63,975 nt of DNA, filler included, from Octopus bimaculoides (GCF_001194135.2; 5 parts of 5 records of this genome joined end to end with filler, not necessarily neighbours in it); one strand, 5' to 3'. Positions 40,233 through 53,213 are shown, numbered from the whole stretch's first letter. A program made the numbers and translations. Notes: generated from the sequence alone by a model not told the origin.

Positions 40233-41989
40233 CAGACATGCATACTCATATAAGCACATGCACACAGCATACGAGTTTGTATCAGAATGCTCCTCAACCA
40301 AGACTGCTAAAAGTGTACCCTCTCATTCGAAACGGCATTATTTGAAACGCAGGTAGCTATCTCAGTTTTTAATCATAACACAAAACAACTTGCGTTTGAA
40401 TTTCATCTGCTGTATCGAAGCTAGACCCATCTATTTCAAATACATTTTCTGAAACTGAAGTCATGGCAGAACATTTCAAGCCCAACAGAGGTTGTTAAAG
40501 ACGTCTGATGCATGTTCAGATTTTACTGGAGAATAATTAAGCAATCTCCGCATATGAGTCCAACCACGGGAAAGAGCAAACACGTTGTTTGACAATGAGA
40601 AACAAGACTGAGTTCACGTATTCTTTTCATTATCTCGCCACTGATCACTTTGAATGTTCATGATCCACATAGAAACGAAACTCAATTGTTCTTGAAACAA
40701 ACGTGCGTCACAAGAACATGTACTCAACTTGAATTTCACCCAAAGTTGGTCAAAGCATCTCAAAAATGTCTGTCAAACATTTACCGAACATTTCGTAGAA
40801 CTTTATACTAGTTCGTTCCTCTATTTTATCACCGCCATATATATATCATAGAACCGTTTTAACAAAGCGTTAAAATGCCTTGAGTAGACAGAATAAAGCT
40901 TTTATTGCAGGCTAAGCTTATAATTTGTCCATCAATGAACGTCAGCATTGGTCACATGTGCGTTGAGTACTATATTGGCAGAGCTTGACTGATCACATTT
41001 TTTCTCGTGACAATGCATGCGCGCGCGCGTACATGTGTGTGCCTATGTGCCGATGAATGAGAGAAATTTATTAGTTTTCATCATTATGTGAATTCAAGGA
41101 TTGTTACTCGTTCAAGTATGAATGCTTTGCTGCATCAGAAAACACACGATTTATGCTGTTGCTGACGGCCTGGAGGTTTTCATAATGCATTTCAATTGTT
41201 ACTGAACGTGCAAACAAGGAATTTGCAACTGGTTAAAAGCAGCAGCCATACCTACTTTAATTCATACTTTGCTGCCTAAAATTTCATCAGTTTCTTTAAT
41301 CACTTAATCGGGGTTGGTCCGTAATAATTCTACAGCTTTTTCTTTTATTGGATTACCAAGCAAGGGGGAAACTACGATCATCTTAAGTGCCTCCGTTTCG
41401 TGAAAGGAAAGAACGACGTTATTTTGCGACCAAAGACCGATTCCAAAATGATTTTGCACCAGAGTGAATCCTACCCGTGTTACTCACGAACAACATAGTA
41501 CTGTTAAACCAGATTACAGATACATCTGCCAACCTTTGATAGACGTGGGGTTATAATAGAAAAGTAATTTGGTGACTGAAGTCTGCCGAAATTGAAATCT
41601 AATGTAAATGCATATTGTTTCGTTTTGATCTTCGTTGCCTCTAATCACACATCCATACCTGCGACTGTTAAAAATTTAAATAGGATTTATACATATTCCA
41701 TCATCCACTCTGTTTTATTGGTTACAATTTTGTGCGAGGGATGGCTTGACAGTCTGATTGTTTTTTCCTTTTCCTTTTCCTTTTTCTGTTTCTCTAGTGG
41801 CATAGCATTAAGATTTGCTGGGTTTTCCATAAAGCTTCGACTGCTATTGCAGCTACTAACTATTACAGCAACAAAAAAATATTCACCCCCGCCACAATTC
41901 TTTTTTCTTTTAATTTTATTTTATATAATACAGTAAATATACATAAGGTGCTTGTATAATTATAGTCAATAAACGATAACAATTATATA

Positions 41990-42206
41990 TTCCAAAGTTT
42001 GGCACGAGGCCAGAAGCTTTTGAGGGTTCGAAGTCTATTAAACTGTCGTCAGTACTTGACTGATACTTATTCTAACGACCTCTCCCCCTGCCACAAGTGG
42101 TATAAAGTGGTATAAAGCAAAGTCTACCTAGGTGGAATTTGAACTCGGAACGAAATACCACTTAGTATTTGGCTTGTCGTACTAACAGTTGTGCCAGCTC
42201 ACCGCG
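41990..42206 (-). mobile_element. SINE family A, decayed
   Basis: TTTGGCACGAGGCC...GGAATTTGAACTCGG...TGCCAGCTCACCGC. Confidence 0.8.
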
Positions 42207-43092
42207 TTGATAAATCATAAACAAATTATGGAATAACAAAGATGACACCATCAAAAACTACGAAATAGTAAAATACTATTAATAAGAATTCAATTTTGTA
42301 AAACATATTGAGAACATATCTACTACTAATAACGATTATATTAGTTATCACTAATTATGTCATTAGTTAATTACAGTTAATTAGATAGCTTTTTTTTAAA
42401 TATAATTAATGGCTTCTAACACAGGGACAAAACAATTTAGAGAAGACCATACTTGATTAAATGAACCCCAATAGTTAGAGCACATTTTAAGTTATCGACA
42501 TGCGGCAGGCGCAAAGCAACAACAAATACGTCGAGATTTGAAGTCTTATCAAAGAAGTATAACGAAGAAAGCTGAGCATTTTTATACTCGCATCAACCGA
42601 TTCTGCTAAATGCCTTTCTCAATTCCCCCGAAGGCACATACAGTTTTATTAACGAAATATTTGGAGGATTTATTTAAACTCCGGCACAGCACGAATAATT
42701 TTCATTTCACAGCAAGACTACCAACACACTCCGACTATACTTCAACTATACCTTACTATTACAAATATTTTAAATTGCATGCTTTATTGGCCTATTTTAG
42801 CGGTAATATTTTAGCGGTTGTCAATCTCACTAATATGCACATCAACAAATCCGCTGTGAGTTAAGTCGGATTATGTAGATTGCTATAAGCTAATTCCTCG
42901 CAGCATCATAACAGCGGATTCAACGGACTCTGGCGTGAAATTAAGAAACACTGAATTAGTGCAATTAGTCTCATGTGAGAATAGTGGTGCCTAAATATTG
43001 ACATATTCTTCTTCATCATAAATTATTCACCATACATACATACATACATACATACATACATACATGCATGCATGCATCTATACATGCGTGCA

Positions 43093-43125
<33 letters not shown>

Positions 43126-43982
43126 NNNNNNNNNNNNNNNNNNNNNNNNNNNNNNNNNNNNNNNNNNNNNNNNNNNNNNNNNNNNNNNNNNNNNNNNNNN
43201 NNNNNNNNNNNNNNNNNNNNNNNNNNNNNNNNNNNNNNNNNNNNNNNNNNNNNNNNNNNNNNNNNNNNNNNNNNNNNNNNNNNNNNNNNNNNNNNNNNNN
43301 NNNNNNNNNNNNNNNNNNNNNNNNNNNNNNNNNNNNNNNNNNNNNNNNNNNNNNNNNNNNNNNNNNNNNNNNNNNNNNNNNNNNNNNNNNNNNNNNNNNN
43401 NNNNNNNNNNNNNNNNNNNNNNNNNNNNNNNNNNNNNNNNNNNNNNNNNNNNNNNNNNNNNNNNNNNNNNNNNNNNNNNNNNNNNNNNNNNNNNNNNNNN
43501 NNNNNNNNNNNNNNNNNNNNNNNNNNNNNNNNNNNNNNNNNNNNNNNNNNNNNNNNNNNNNNNNNNNNNNNNNNNNNNNNNNNNNNNNNNNNNNNNNNNN
43601 NNNNNNNNNNNNNNNNNNNNNNNNNNNNNNNNNNNNNNNNNNNNNNNNNNNNNNNNNNNNNNNNNNNNNNNNNNNNNNNNNNNNNNNNNNNNNNNNNNNN
43701 NNNNNNNNNNNNNNNNNNNNNNNNNNNNNNNNNNNNNNNNNNNNNNNNNNNNNNNNNNNNNNNNNNNNNNNNNNNNNNNNNNNNNNNNNNNNNNNNNNNN
43801 NNNNNNNNNNNNNNNNNNNNNNNNNNNNNNNNNNNNNNNNNNNNNNNNNNNNNNNNNNNNNNNNNNNNNNNNNNNNNNNNNNNNNNNNNNNNNNNNNNNN
43901 NNNNNNNNNNNNNNNNNNNNNNNNNNNNNNNNNNNNNNNNNNNNNNNNNNNNNNNNNNNNNNNNNNNNNNNNNNNNNNNNNN

Positions 43983-44130
43983 TGTATCTCTGTTCGCAAT
44001 GCATTCCCAAAAGGCTCAACCAAATCAGACCATATTTTACTCGGTAATACTACGAGACCACAAGTAAAACAACAAAAAAAAAAAATTATGTAATTTTAAT
44101 CCCGAGCAACGCTGGATATAAATCTGCTAG
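43983..44130 (+). mobile_element. Non-autonomous Helitron-like element, 3' part
   Basis: Ends with the GC-rich sub-terminal hairpin remnant CCCGAGCAACGCTGGA, about 10 nt before CTAG|T (44127-44131). The 5' part is lost in the gap. Confidence 0.6.
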
Positions 44131-45075
44131 TAATATATAATATACGCAAGCTAATACTGAGAAACATTAACGGACAGAAACAAAAGAATATAATTAGCGA
44201 TAACAAAATTTTAATTACTGCAAACCCCACAGAATTCTGAACTGAAAATTAACACTCATCTAACTAAAGAATAGCGACGCGCTGATTTCTTCATGGTAGG
44301 TATCTGGTAAGCGATGTAATATATGAATGTAACATAACAACGATAAAGCCAGATAACAACATAAATCACATCAGTTCTAAATCAAATACATTTAAGTGCC
44401 GTTATATCATGCATCGACACACTTTTAGTAACAATGTTATGTGAGATAACTTTACTAGCGGATTACATTTGGGCGCCAGTATAAAAAAAATATTGGTTTC
44501 TGGCTGTAATAGAGTATCATTGCAACAGCGCCCGCACACATAAGAAATGATGGTAGGGTTTGTACAACTGAAGGGCTGATTATAATTCTAGCTTAATATA
44601 TGTCTATCTGATAAGAATACTGTTTAAAAGAACTGCCGATATCCTGCAAACATAAATTTTTCAAATCTTCCGGTTTTTATGGCAATAATTTCAGGTAAAT
44701 GGTTATTTAAAATAAAATTAACCAGTTAGCAGTAATTTATCCACGAATTGGAAGCTTCAATTGTAGAAAGTGAATAATTGAATAGTATTATTTTTTTCCA
44801 TTCGATTGAAGCATATGCTATAGTAATACCCCGTAACCAAACAAGAATGCATGAAAACAGGTGCTTGTTGTGATGTATACATGCATATGTGAGCTTGCGT
44901 TTGTGTGTGTATGTGTGTGTGTGCGCGTGTGTGTGTGGGTCTGTGTGCTTGTGTGTGCTTATTGGTGTCTACTACATATGAATGTATGAATATATATATA
45001 TATATATATATATATANNNNNNNNNNNNNNNNNNNNNNNNNNNNNNNNNNNNNNNNNNNNNNNNNNNNNNNNNNN

Positions 45076-46165
45076 TTTTGTCCATTCTTCTCGTCGTGAT
45101 GATGATGGAAGATATTCAGTCCTTGTTTTTCTAAAATACACCATAAACGTTCAATGATATTGAGATCTGGGGACTGTGGTATCCAGATAAGATGTTCAAC
45201 TTCACTAGAATGTTCCTCGTGCCATTTAGTAACAATTTTAGCTGTGTGAATTGGTGCATTATCATCCTGAAAGATTGCGATTCCCTCCAGAAACAGTTCC
45301 GCAACCATAGGATGAATTTGATCAGATAAAATGCTTAAATAGTCTTGACTGTTAATTCTGCCATGAAGAGAAACCATTGGCCCAACGGATTTCCAAGATA
45401 TAGCCCCCTAGATCATCAAAGATCCTCCTCCATGTTTACCATTGGGAAGAAGGCAGTTTGGGTCAAACACTTCTTTTGGCTATCTCCACACGCATACTCG
45501 GCCGGTGGTCGGAAATAAAGTAAAGGCTGACTCGTCCGTGAAAATAACATCCTTCCACTGCTCTAGGGACCAATTCTGTAGGTTTTTACTTCACCCTAAA
45601 CGCTTTGCAACCTTTGTTTTTGAAAGGAGTGCGTTTCTCATGGCAGCCCTCCTGTGAAATCCAGCTTTTTGCAGCTCCCAGCGAACAGTTTTTGTAGGAA
45701 CTGGGTTCTCGAGGTGGTCATTAATCTCTGCAGTAATTTTGGGAGCTGTAATTTTGTGGTCCTTTCTAACAATTCGCGTAAGAGTCCGACTGTCCCTATG
45801 TGAAAATTTTGGTTTTCTTCCAGAGTTTTGTTTCAACGAGGAGGTATTTTCCTTTTTCTCGAAGGCTGTCATTACTTTCGAGACTTCTTGATACACCAAG
45901 CGTTTCGGCTGTTTTCGTTACGCTAGTGACTGCCATACGAGCACCAAAAATTTGACCTCTTTGAAAGTCCGATAGATCTGTCATTTCAATGAATTTTAAT
46001 TACATTTTTCTGATGATATCTGAAAAGAAACAACAATTTTAGCAAAACATATTATGCAAAACTAATAATAAATCAAAAAACATAAAAATAAACAAGCTTT
46101 TGGCAGTTTTATAGATATTTATGATGCTATGATACTAGGTGCTTCCATTGTTTTGTCCAACCTTG
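45076..46165 (-). mobile_element. Tc1/mariner DNA transposon, DD36E (Incomer-like), decayed; 3' end runs into a gap
   Basis: Minus-strand ORF from ATG 45984: MTDLSDFQRGQIFGARM..., SGRKPKFS (GRPR-like linker), VIFTDES, HGGGSLMI, FQDDNAPIH...WIPQSPDLNIIERLW. One frameshift near 45890 and three in-frame stops. Terminus CAAGGTTGGACAAAACAATGGAAGCACC (46165-46138) is flanked by TA. D at 45261-45263 and E at 45150-45152 are separated by 108 nt = 36 codons. Confidence 0.93.
45100..45984 (-). pseudogene. Transposase pseudogene (Tc1 family, D-D36-E triad intact)
   Basis: ORF-track fragments 45796-45984, 45591-45899 and the 45377 start join into one transposase. The last two are in the same frame, separated by 71 codons containing stops. 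Confidence 0.92.
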
Positions 46166-46439
46166 TATATATTTAGACACATATGTATATACTTAGAATC
46201 ATATAAATCCTCAAGAATTCCTCACATAATTACACAGAGTGTGAGGAAGACTTGAGGATTTGTGCACACTTAATTATATGTATATTTTTCTTTTTAATCC
46301 AATTCATAAGGTTTTATTTCTTTCATATTCTTCATTGTAAATTTAACACTAAAAAAATGTAAAGATATGCAATCATTTTTGCCATATGTGCGGAACACAG
46401 TGTTTTTAGAAGATGCTATCTTTTCAAATTTGAAATATC

Positions 46440-47090
46440 TTTTACACTTGAAATACGGATGGAAGTGGAAAGTTCTGGTGAGAATGTTCCAACAGTATCA
46501 AATAGTAAAGAAAACATGCTAAACGTCCGGACACGAGAATTCATAGAACAGAATTGAAACATCGATGCTGATTCCAGAAATTCAATGCCAGCCGTCACCA
46601 AAGAACTTTAGGTTTCACAGTGGACTTTCCGAACTGTAGTGCACAAGGCCATTCGATACACGTCGTTTGTACTGGGGAGAGGCCAATTCATGTCAACGAA
46701 GATACAGGAAAACCGCTTGATCCATGCCAAATGTTTATGTAAGAAGGATGAAAATCCTCAAGAACACGGCATGCTTTGGTTCTTCTCTCATGAGAATAGG
46801 TTTTTGACCAAGACGAAATGTATAACAGGATGAATAAAAGCTAATTACGTGAAGAGACTTCTGGTGTCCCCCAGATGCATGCACACTAACGTTTCCGCAA
46901 ATATGACGATTTTTGGAGTGTTGAGTAACGGTCGTGTCAAATTACATCAAAGTCTTACAATTAGTATTGCTGCACACGCTCTGCTAGCAACATGCTGCCT
47001 TCAACCTTGGAATGATTCAAATTCATCGGGTAACTTACTCACAGATGGACCCTGCGCGGTGTTTAGATTTTTAGAAAAATAACTCAAAGA
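46440..47090 (+). mobile_element. Degenerate mariner-like transposase fragment, maT/DD37D-like
   Basis: Translates as ...KEL*VSQWTFRTVVHKAIRYTSFVLGRGQFMS...GMLWFFSHEN (SDEK motif mutated)...MHTNVSANMTIFGVLSNG, matching maT-type motifs RRGQFMS / WFFSDEK / MHTKFPATVMVLGVVSNEG. The third catalytic residue is not visible, so the spacing cannot be counted. Confidence 0.75.
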
Positions 47091-47472
47091 AATCGATAGA
47101 TTATTTTGAAACTTTTCTGTGGTGGGTGTTAGGAAAACCGTAAGCTTTTCTCAGAGAGGTGACGAATACCGAATAAATACAAAAGAACGGGCTACAATAA
47201 AAACACTAATGGTAAGGTGGCTATATAAAACCTGGTAACAAAGATCAAGGTTATCATTGGACATCTCTGTCGCATATCATACTGTTGCTTTTATGAAGAG
47301 TTAACAATGTCTGTTCGTATCAAGCCTGCTTTCAATATTTTCCTAATGTTCAATAACTATGATTTTATGGATGATTTAACTCGTTTTATTTTCCTTTTAA
47401 TGTTTTCCTATATAATCCTTTTTTGTGTCAGTTCTAATAATTTATATGTAAGCGTTTGCACATGCAAATGTG

Positions 47473-47505
<33 letters not shown>

Positions 47506-48382
47506 NNNNNNNNNNNNNNNNNNNNNNNNNNNNNNNNNNNNNNNNNNNNNNNNNNNNNNNNNNNNNNNNNNNNNNNNNNNNNNNNNNNNNNNNNNNNNNN
47601 NNNNNNNNNNNNNNNNNNNNNNNNNNNNNNNNNNNNNNNNNNNNNNNNNNNNNNNNNNNNNNNNNNNNNNNNNNNNNNNNNNNNNNNNNNNNNNNNNNNN
47701 NNNNNNNNNNNNNNNNNNNNNNNNNNNNNNNNNNNNNNNNNNNNNNNNNNNNNNNNNNNNNNNNNNNNNNNNNNNNNNNNNNNNNNNNNNNNNNNNNNNN
47801 NNNNNNNNNNNNNNNNNNNNNNNNNNNNNNNNNNNNNNNNNNNNNNNNNNNNNNNNNNNNNNNNNNNNNNNNNNNNNNNNNNNNNNNNNNNNNNNNNNNN
47901 TGTGTGTATCAACAGCTTCTGCTCTAACAAGTCTCCATTAGCTATTGAATATCAACTTTTGATCATAACAACAGTATCACAAATTCAAAATACAAAAACA
48001 TACCCAGTTAACTATGTCTTGCAATTTCTCCGTTTCAATCATATCTATGTAACTATGCATGTGTATACACACACACACACACACACACACGCACATATAC
48101 AGGCACACACACATACACACTCCCTCTCTCTGTCTCTTTTTCTCTCTCTATCTTCTCCCCCCAGTACTTAAATCTATGTCTACGTGTGTATCGATTGCTT
48201 TTTGTAATACAATATTCGCATCAGCGGTGTTATTACACGGGTTATTAGTGAAGATAATGTACAGTGATATGACATTAAACAGCGACTAATAATGTTCTGT
48301 GGTATACAATTGAAAATTTTAATGAGATTTTAACGAGCTTGAAAACCTAAAAATTGAAAATACCTATTCAACTGTTCACCTG

Positions 48383-48459
<77 letters not shown>

Positions 48460-48523
48460 ATATACACATACATATATGAATAGGGAGAGACACACATGTA
48501 CATATATATGTATNNNNNNNNNN

Positions 48524-48604
<81 letters not shown>

Positions 48605-48719
48605 TGTGTATGTGCGTGTCTGCGTGTAGTTTCATAACAAAGTGAAGTTTAGAGTATATGATCGAAATCCGATACAAATCTAAAAAAAATGCAATACATG
48701 AAATGCTGAGGGTATAATT

Positions 48720-48746
48720 AAAGAAGAAAAAGAAGAAGAAGAAGAA

Positions 48747-48791
<45 letters not shown>

Positions 48792-48918
48792 AAAAAAGAA
48801 GAAGAAGAAGAAGAAGAATAAGAAGAAGACGAAGAAGAAGAAGAAGAAGAAAAAGAAGAAGAAGAAGAAGAAGAATAAGAAGAAGACGAAGAAGAAGAAG
48901 AAGAAGAAGAAGAAGAAG

Positions 48919-48949
<31 letters not shown>

Positions 48950-48980
48950 CTATGGGCTGAGACCTCTCTCTTTCTCTCTT

Positions 48981-49020
<40 letters not shown>
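48720..49020. repeat. (GAA)n followed by (CT)n
   Basis: Read directly. Confidence 0.97.
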
Positions 49021-49021
<1 letters not shown>

Positions 49022-49096
49022 GTTTGTAGATACTCCAATGCACTATAATTTGTTTGCTTGTAGTCTCTGAGTATTCTTTGTCAATGTTTATTTCAG

Positions 49097-49221
49097 GTAC
49101 TGTAAACGGTATACATATATTATTGTTCACTCTCACACATAATTTGCTTGAAATTCTCTTGGAATATTTGAGTATTTGTTGGCAGTCGTTTCTTTCTATA
49201 CAATTTTGGAATTGGTCGGAG
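49097..49221 (+). CDS. Candidate internal coding exon (phase 1 to 0)
   Basis: Acceptor CTTTGTCAATGTTTATTTCAG| and donor GGAG|GTAGAT. Open frame TVNGIHILLFTLTHNLLEILLEYLSICWQSFLSIQFWNWSE. No homolog recognised; the antisense frame is also open. Confidence 0.25.
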
Positions 49222-49460
49222 GTAGATAATATTAAGCTTCTCTTTGAAGCATAGTCTTCATAAATTTGAACGATTCTTAAGTGTTTGCATCGTATCTTTT
49301 TAAATGTTCGCGTCAGAGCACTGTCCATAAGATTATTGCTGCCTGTACTTTGTGCTTTTATTTCCAAATGCATACTGAATTTAGCGCGTTGTTTTCTAAG
49401 CGGTGATGAAGCAATAAGCATTTGACCTAATGCAGTCATTTTTGAAATTCGACGCTATAG

Positions 49461-49651
49461 CAGTGTCCCACGACCTTGTTTTTTTTTACTTGCGGTACAC
49501 TTATATTCTTTTCAAAATTCGGTGGCGTACTTGAAATAGAAATATCAATAAAAGTATAGGGGAAAATATTATATTCAGGTTACACTGCAACACACTTAGC
49601 ATCGTCTGGTGGCACACCAGTGTGCCATGGCATACCGGTTGCGGAGCACTG
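49461..49651. mobile_element. hAT (Charlie-like) MITE
   Basis: TIRs CAGTGTCCCACGACC / GGTTGCGGAGCACTG and 8-bp TSD CGCTATAG / CTCTATAC (6/8). Confidence 0.75.
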
Positions 49652-50247
49652 CTCTATACACTCCACATAGGTTTTTAATATATTAGAAGAGAAAATACCA
49701 TTTGAATATATATTTTTTTCTAAATTGCTATATTGCTATATGTATAAAATATTTGAAAAGGTGTCTTCAAATTTTTTTATACTAATTCGTTATTGAAATT
49801 ATAGAAAGGACGAAACAGACCTAGATTTTCAGTCCGTATTTGCAGAAAAATATTGATAACTGCGTCTATTTTTTTTGTTCTTATCTACATCATTACAAGA
49901 CCTCATATATACGAAACTATCTTAATTAGACGGCTTTGTATGTACAAGATATTATGCTGTCCGACTGAAGGAGATTCTTCCCCGATTTGCTCAAAGAGGG
50001 AAATCTTCAAATTTCAAATCAATATCGGTAACTTATTGTTTGAAATGTTTACGGTTCTGTAAATCAATCGGTTCTCACGCGAGAATAATGTTGCGAATTT
50101 GTAGTTTAGATGAATATTCGGAAAAATCGGAGCCAATATCGCAACGTTTATTTTATAGACGCCAGATAGATGGAAAGTAATTTTGGATTAATATACTGAA
50201 GAAGTAAATGGAATTTTGAACATTTAGTCCGACATTATATATGTCTG

Positions 50248-50333
<86 letters not shown>

Positions 50334-50465
50334 NNNNNNNNNNNNNNNNNNNNNNNNNNNNNNNNNNNNATATATATATAAGGATAAGATCGTTATTTAA
50401 AATACCGATCCTATCAGGTGGCCTGCATGGGAATAAAAACTCCAAAGGTAATAATTATTATTAAA

Positions 50466-50746
50466 ATTATAATAAAGGGTATCTAAGAGATACCAACCAT
50501 GCTAGATATAGCAGCCAAAACTTGACTCTAAAATCACATTAAATATTCATACAGCACCAGGAGAGGAGACAAAGTGACAAAATAAACTACCAAAAAAATT
50601 ATCCGGTAATTTTTTTTTTGCTAGTTTATCTTGTCTCTTTGTCTTCTCTCCTGGTACTGTATGGATATTTAATGTGGTTTTAGAATCAAGTTTTGGCTGC
50701 TTTATCTAGCATGGTTGGTATCTCTTAAGATACCCTTGATTATAAT
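50466..50746. repeat. 281-bp near-perfect palindrome (foldback element)
   Basis: The left arm ATTATAATAAAGGGTATCTAAGAGATACCAACCATGCTAGAT... is the reverse complement of the right arm ...ATCTAGCATGGTTGGTATCTCTTAAGATACCCTTGATTATAAT. The centre is near 50605 with almost no spacer. Confidence 0.92.
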
Positions 50747-51361
50747 ATATATATTGACAGATAGATAGATAGGTAGACAGGTAGATAGATAGATGCATAC
50801 ATACACAGATACATAGATACATGCATACATACATACATACATACAAACATACATACATACATACATACATGGCTTCAACAAAGTTTCCATCTATGAAATC
50901 CGTCCGAAGGCAACAGTGCTTCCAAACATCTAGTGTCAAGGAAATTAAGAACCAGAGAGTTATTAAACGAGGGAAACGCTTCGCTAACTTACTGAATACT
51001 AGTGGTTATAATGAAAATTAGTTATCAGAGCATAAATGTTGCAAATATATGTGAAATGTCGGACTAAATGTTCAAAATTCCATTTACTTCTTCAGTATAT
51101 CAATCCAAAATTATTTTCCATCCGTCTGGAGTCTATAAAATAAATGTTGCGTATTGGCTCCGCGTTTTCCGAATATTCATCTAAACTACAAATTCGCAAC
51201 ATTATTCCCGCGTTGAGAACCGATTGCTTTACAGAGCGGTAGAAATTTCAAACAATAAGTTACCGATATTGATTTGAAATCTGAAGATTTCCCTCTTTGA
51301 GCAAAACGGTGAAGAACCTCCTTCGATCGGACAGCATAATATATATATATACATATATGCT

Positions 51362-51395
<34 letters not shown>

Positions 51396-52230
51396 NNNNN
51401 NNNNNNNNNNNNNNNNNNNNNNNNNNNNNNNNNNNNNNNNNNNNNNNNNNNNNNNNNNNNNNNNNNNNNNNNNNNNNNNNNNNNNNNNNNNNNNNNNNNN
51501 NNNNNNNNNNNNNNNNNNNNNNNNNNNNNNNNNNNNNNNNNNNNNNNNNNNNNNNNNNNNNNNNNNNNNNNNNNNNNNNNNNNNNNNNNNNNNNNNNNNN
51601 NNNNNNNNNNNNNNNNNNNNNNNNNNNNNNNNNNNNNNNNNNNNNNNNNNNNNNNNNNNNNNNNNNNNNNNNNNNNNNNNNNNNNNNNNNNNNNNNNNNN
51701 NNNNNNNNNNNNNNNNNNNNNNNNNNNNNNNNNNNNNNNNNNNNNNNNNNNNNNNNNNNNNNNNNNNNNNNNNNNNNNNNNNNNNNNNNNNNNNNNNNNN
51801 NNNNNNNNNNNNNNNNNNNNNNNNNNNNNNNNNNNNNNNNNNNNNNNNNNNNNNNNNNNNNNNNNNNNNNNNNNNNNNNNNNNNNNNNNNNNNNNNNNNN
51901 NNNNNNNNNNNNNNNNNNNNNNNNNNNNNNNNNNNNNNNNNNNNNNNNNNNNNNNNNNNNNNNNNNNNNNNNNNNNNNNNNNNNNNNNNNNNNNNNNNNN
52001 NNNNNNNNNNNNNNNNNNNNNNNNNNNNNNNNNNNNNNNNNNNNNNNNNNNNNNNNNNNNNNNNNNNNNNNNNNNNNNNNNNNNNNNNNNNNNNNNNNNN
52101 NNNNNNNNNNNNNNNNNNNNNNNNNNNNNNNNNNNNNNNNNNNNNNNNNNNNNNNNNNNNNNNNNNNNNNNNNNNNNNNNNNNNNNNNNNNNNNNNNNNN
52201 NNNNNNNNNNNNNNNNNNNNNNNNNNNNNN

Positions 52231-52313
<83 letters not shown>

Positions 52314-52376
52314 TAGATATGTATGTGCGTGTGTCTGTCTGTGTGTGCGTGACAATAATAATAATAATAATAATAA

Positions 52377-52728
52377 TAATAACTGATTAAGTAAATACAG
52401 GATGGGGGTTATGTATTAGTCTTTATTTTCTATCACGATCGTTTCGACTCATCCTGCTATTGTCACTTATAGGGTGGATCCTATGCTTCATGTTGTACTG
52501 CGTCTGGGTCACATCAGATACATTCAAATATAAAGTTCTGTCTCGCTAAAGATCTTGAATTTGAGCGGTTATGTTGTTATTTGTCCCCTCAAAGTAGGGA
52601 ATGCGGCAGTGCTACAATTGTCCTTATTATTTAATGTCCATAACAAAAATAGTAAATAAAGGGCCGAAATGATCGTCATGTTAAATAAAGACTAATATCA
52701 AACCCATCTGCTTTCTTAATCAATTATT
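52377..52728. mobile_element. MITE-like element with about 70-bp inverted arms
   Basis: Arm 52377-52450 (AATAACTGATTAAG...TATTAGTCTTTATTT...ACGATCGTTTCG) is inverted at 52661-52728 (CGAAATGATCGT...AAATAAAGACTAATA...CTTAATCAATTATT). Confidence 0.75.
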
Positions 52729-52984
52729 TTATCTCAATTAACACCGCGGAATTCCTGAAGTAGATCCAACGGAAATATACCCCAACTGCGGATGACAACA
52801 GGTAACCCAGACCGTGTCAGTGCTTTACTCAACACATCAACACACTTATAGAGATATACCCATTAGTCCAAAATATTACATATAAATATATATTTAGTCC
52901 CACTTTGTAATGGCTTACCAGGTCTACACGAACATTTGAATTGTTTCAACTATTTGAGGCCTAGTCAGGTAATTCTAGAGACGG

Positions 52985-53027
<43 letters not shown>

Positions 53028-53213
53028 TATATATATATATATGTATACATACATACATACATACATGGTAACGCAAGAAAAGAATAATTAAAGGAAGAAA
53101 TAACTATAAAGAAGAAATGTGACTAATGAGCAGTTAAATGCTAGTATAATTAAATACATTTGGAGCCTCAATAAATTGGAACATTTTAATAGGTATTCAT
53201 AGCTAGAGCTTCA

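Noticed and set aside
41095-41230. Other 40-50-codon AG/GT-bounded frames (for example minus-strand ANSLFARSVTIEMHYENLQ..., plus-strand at 19520 and 29042)
   Set aside because: The donors are weak, and many such frames are expected by chance in about 55 kb of sequence.
41592-41936. 114-aa hydrophobic ORF
   Set aside because: It is explained by T-rich low complexity (FSFSFSFF), with no splice or homology support.
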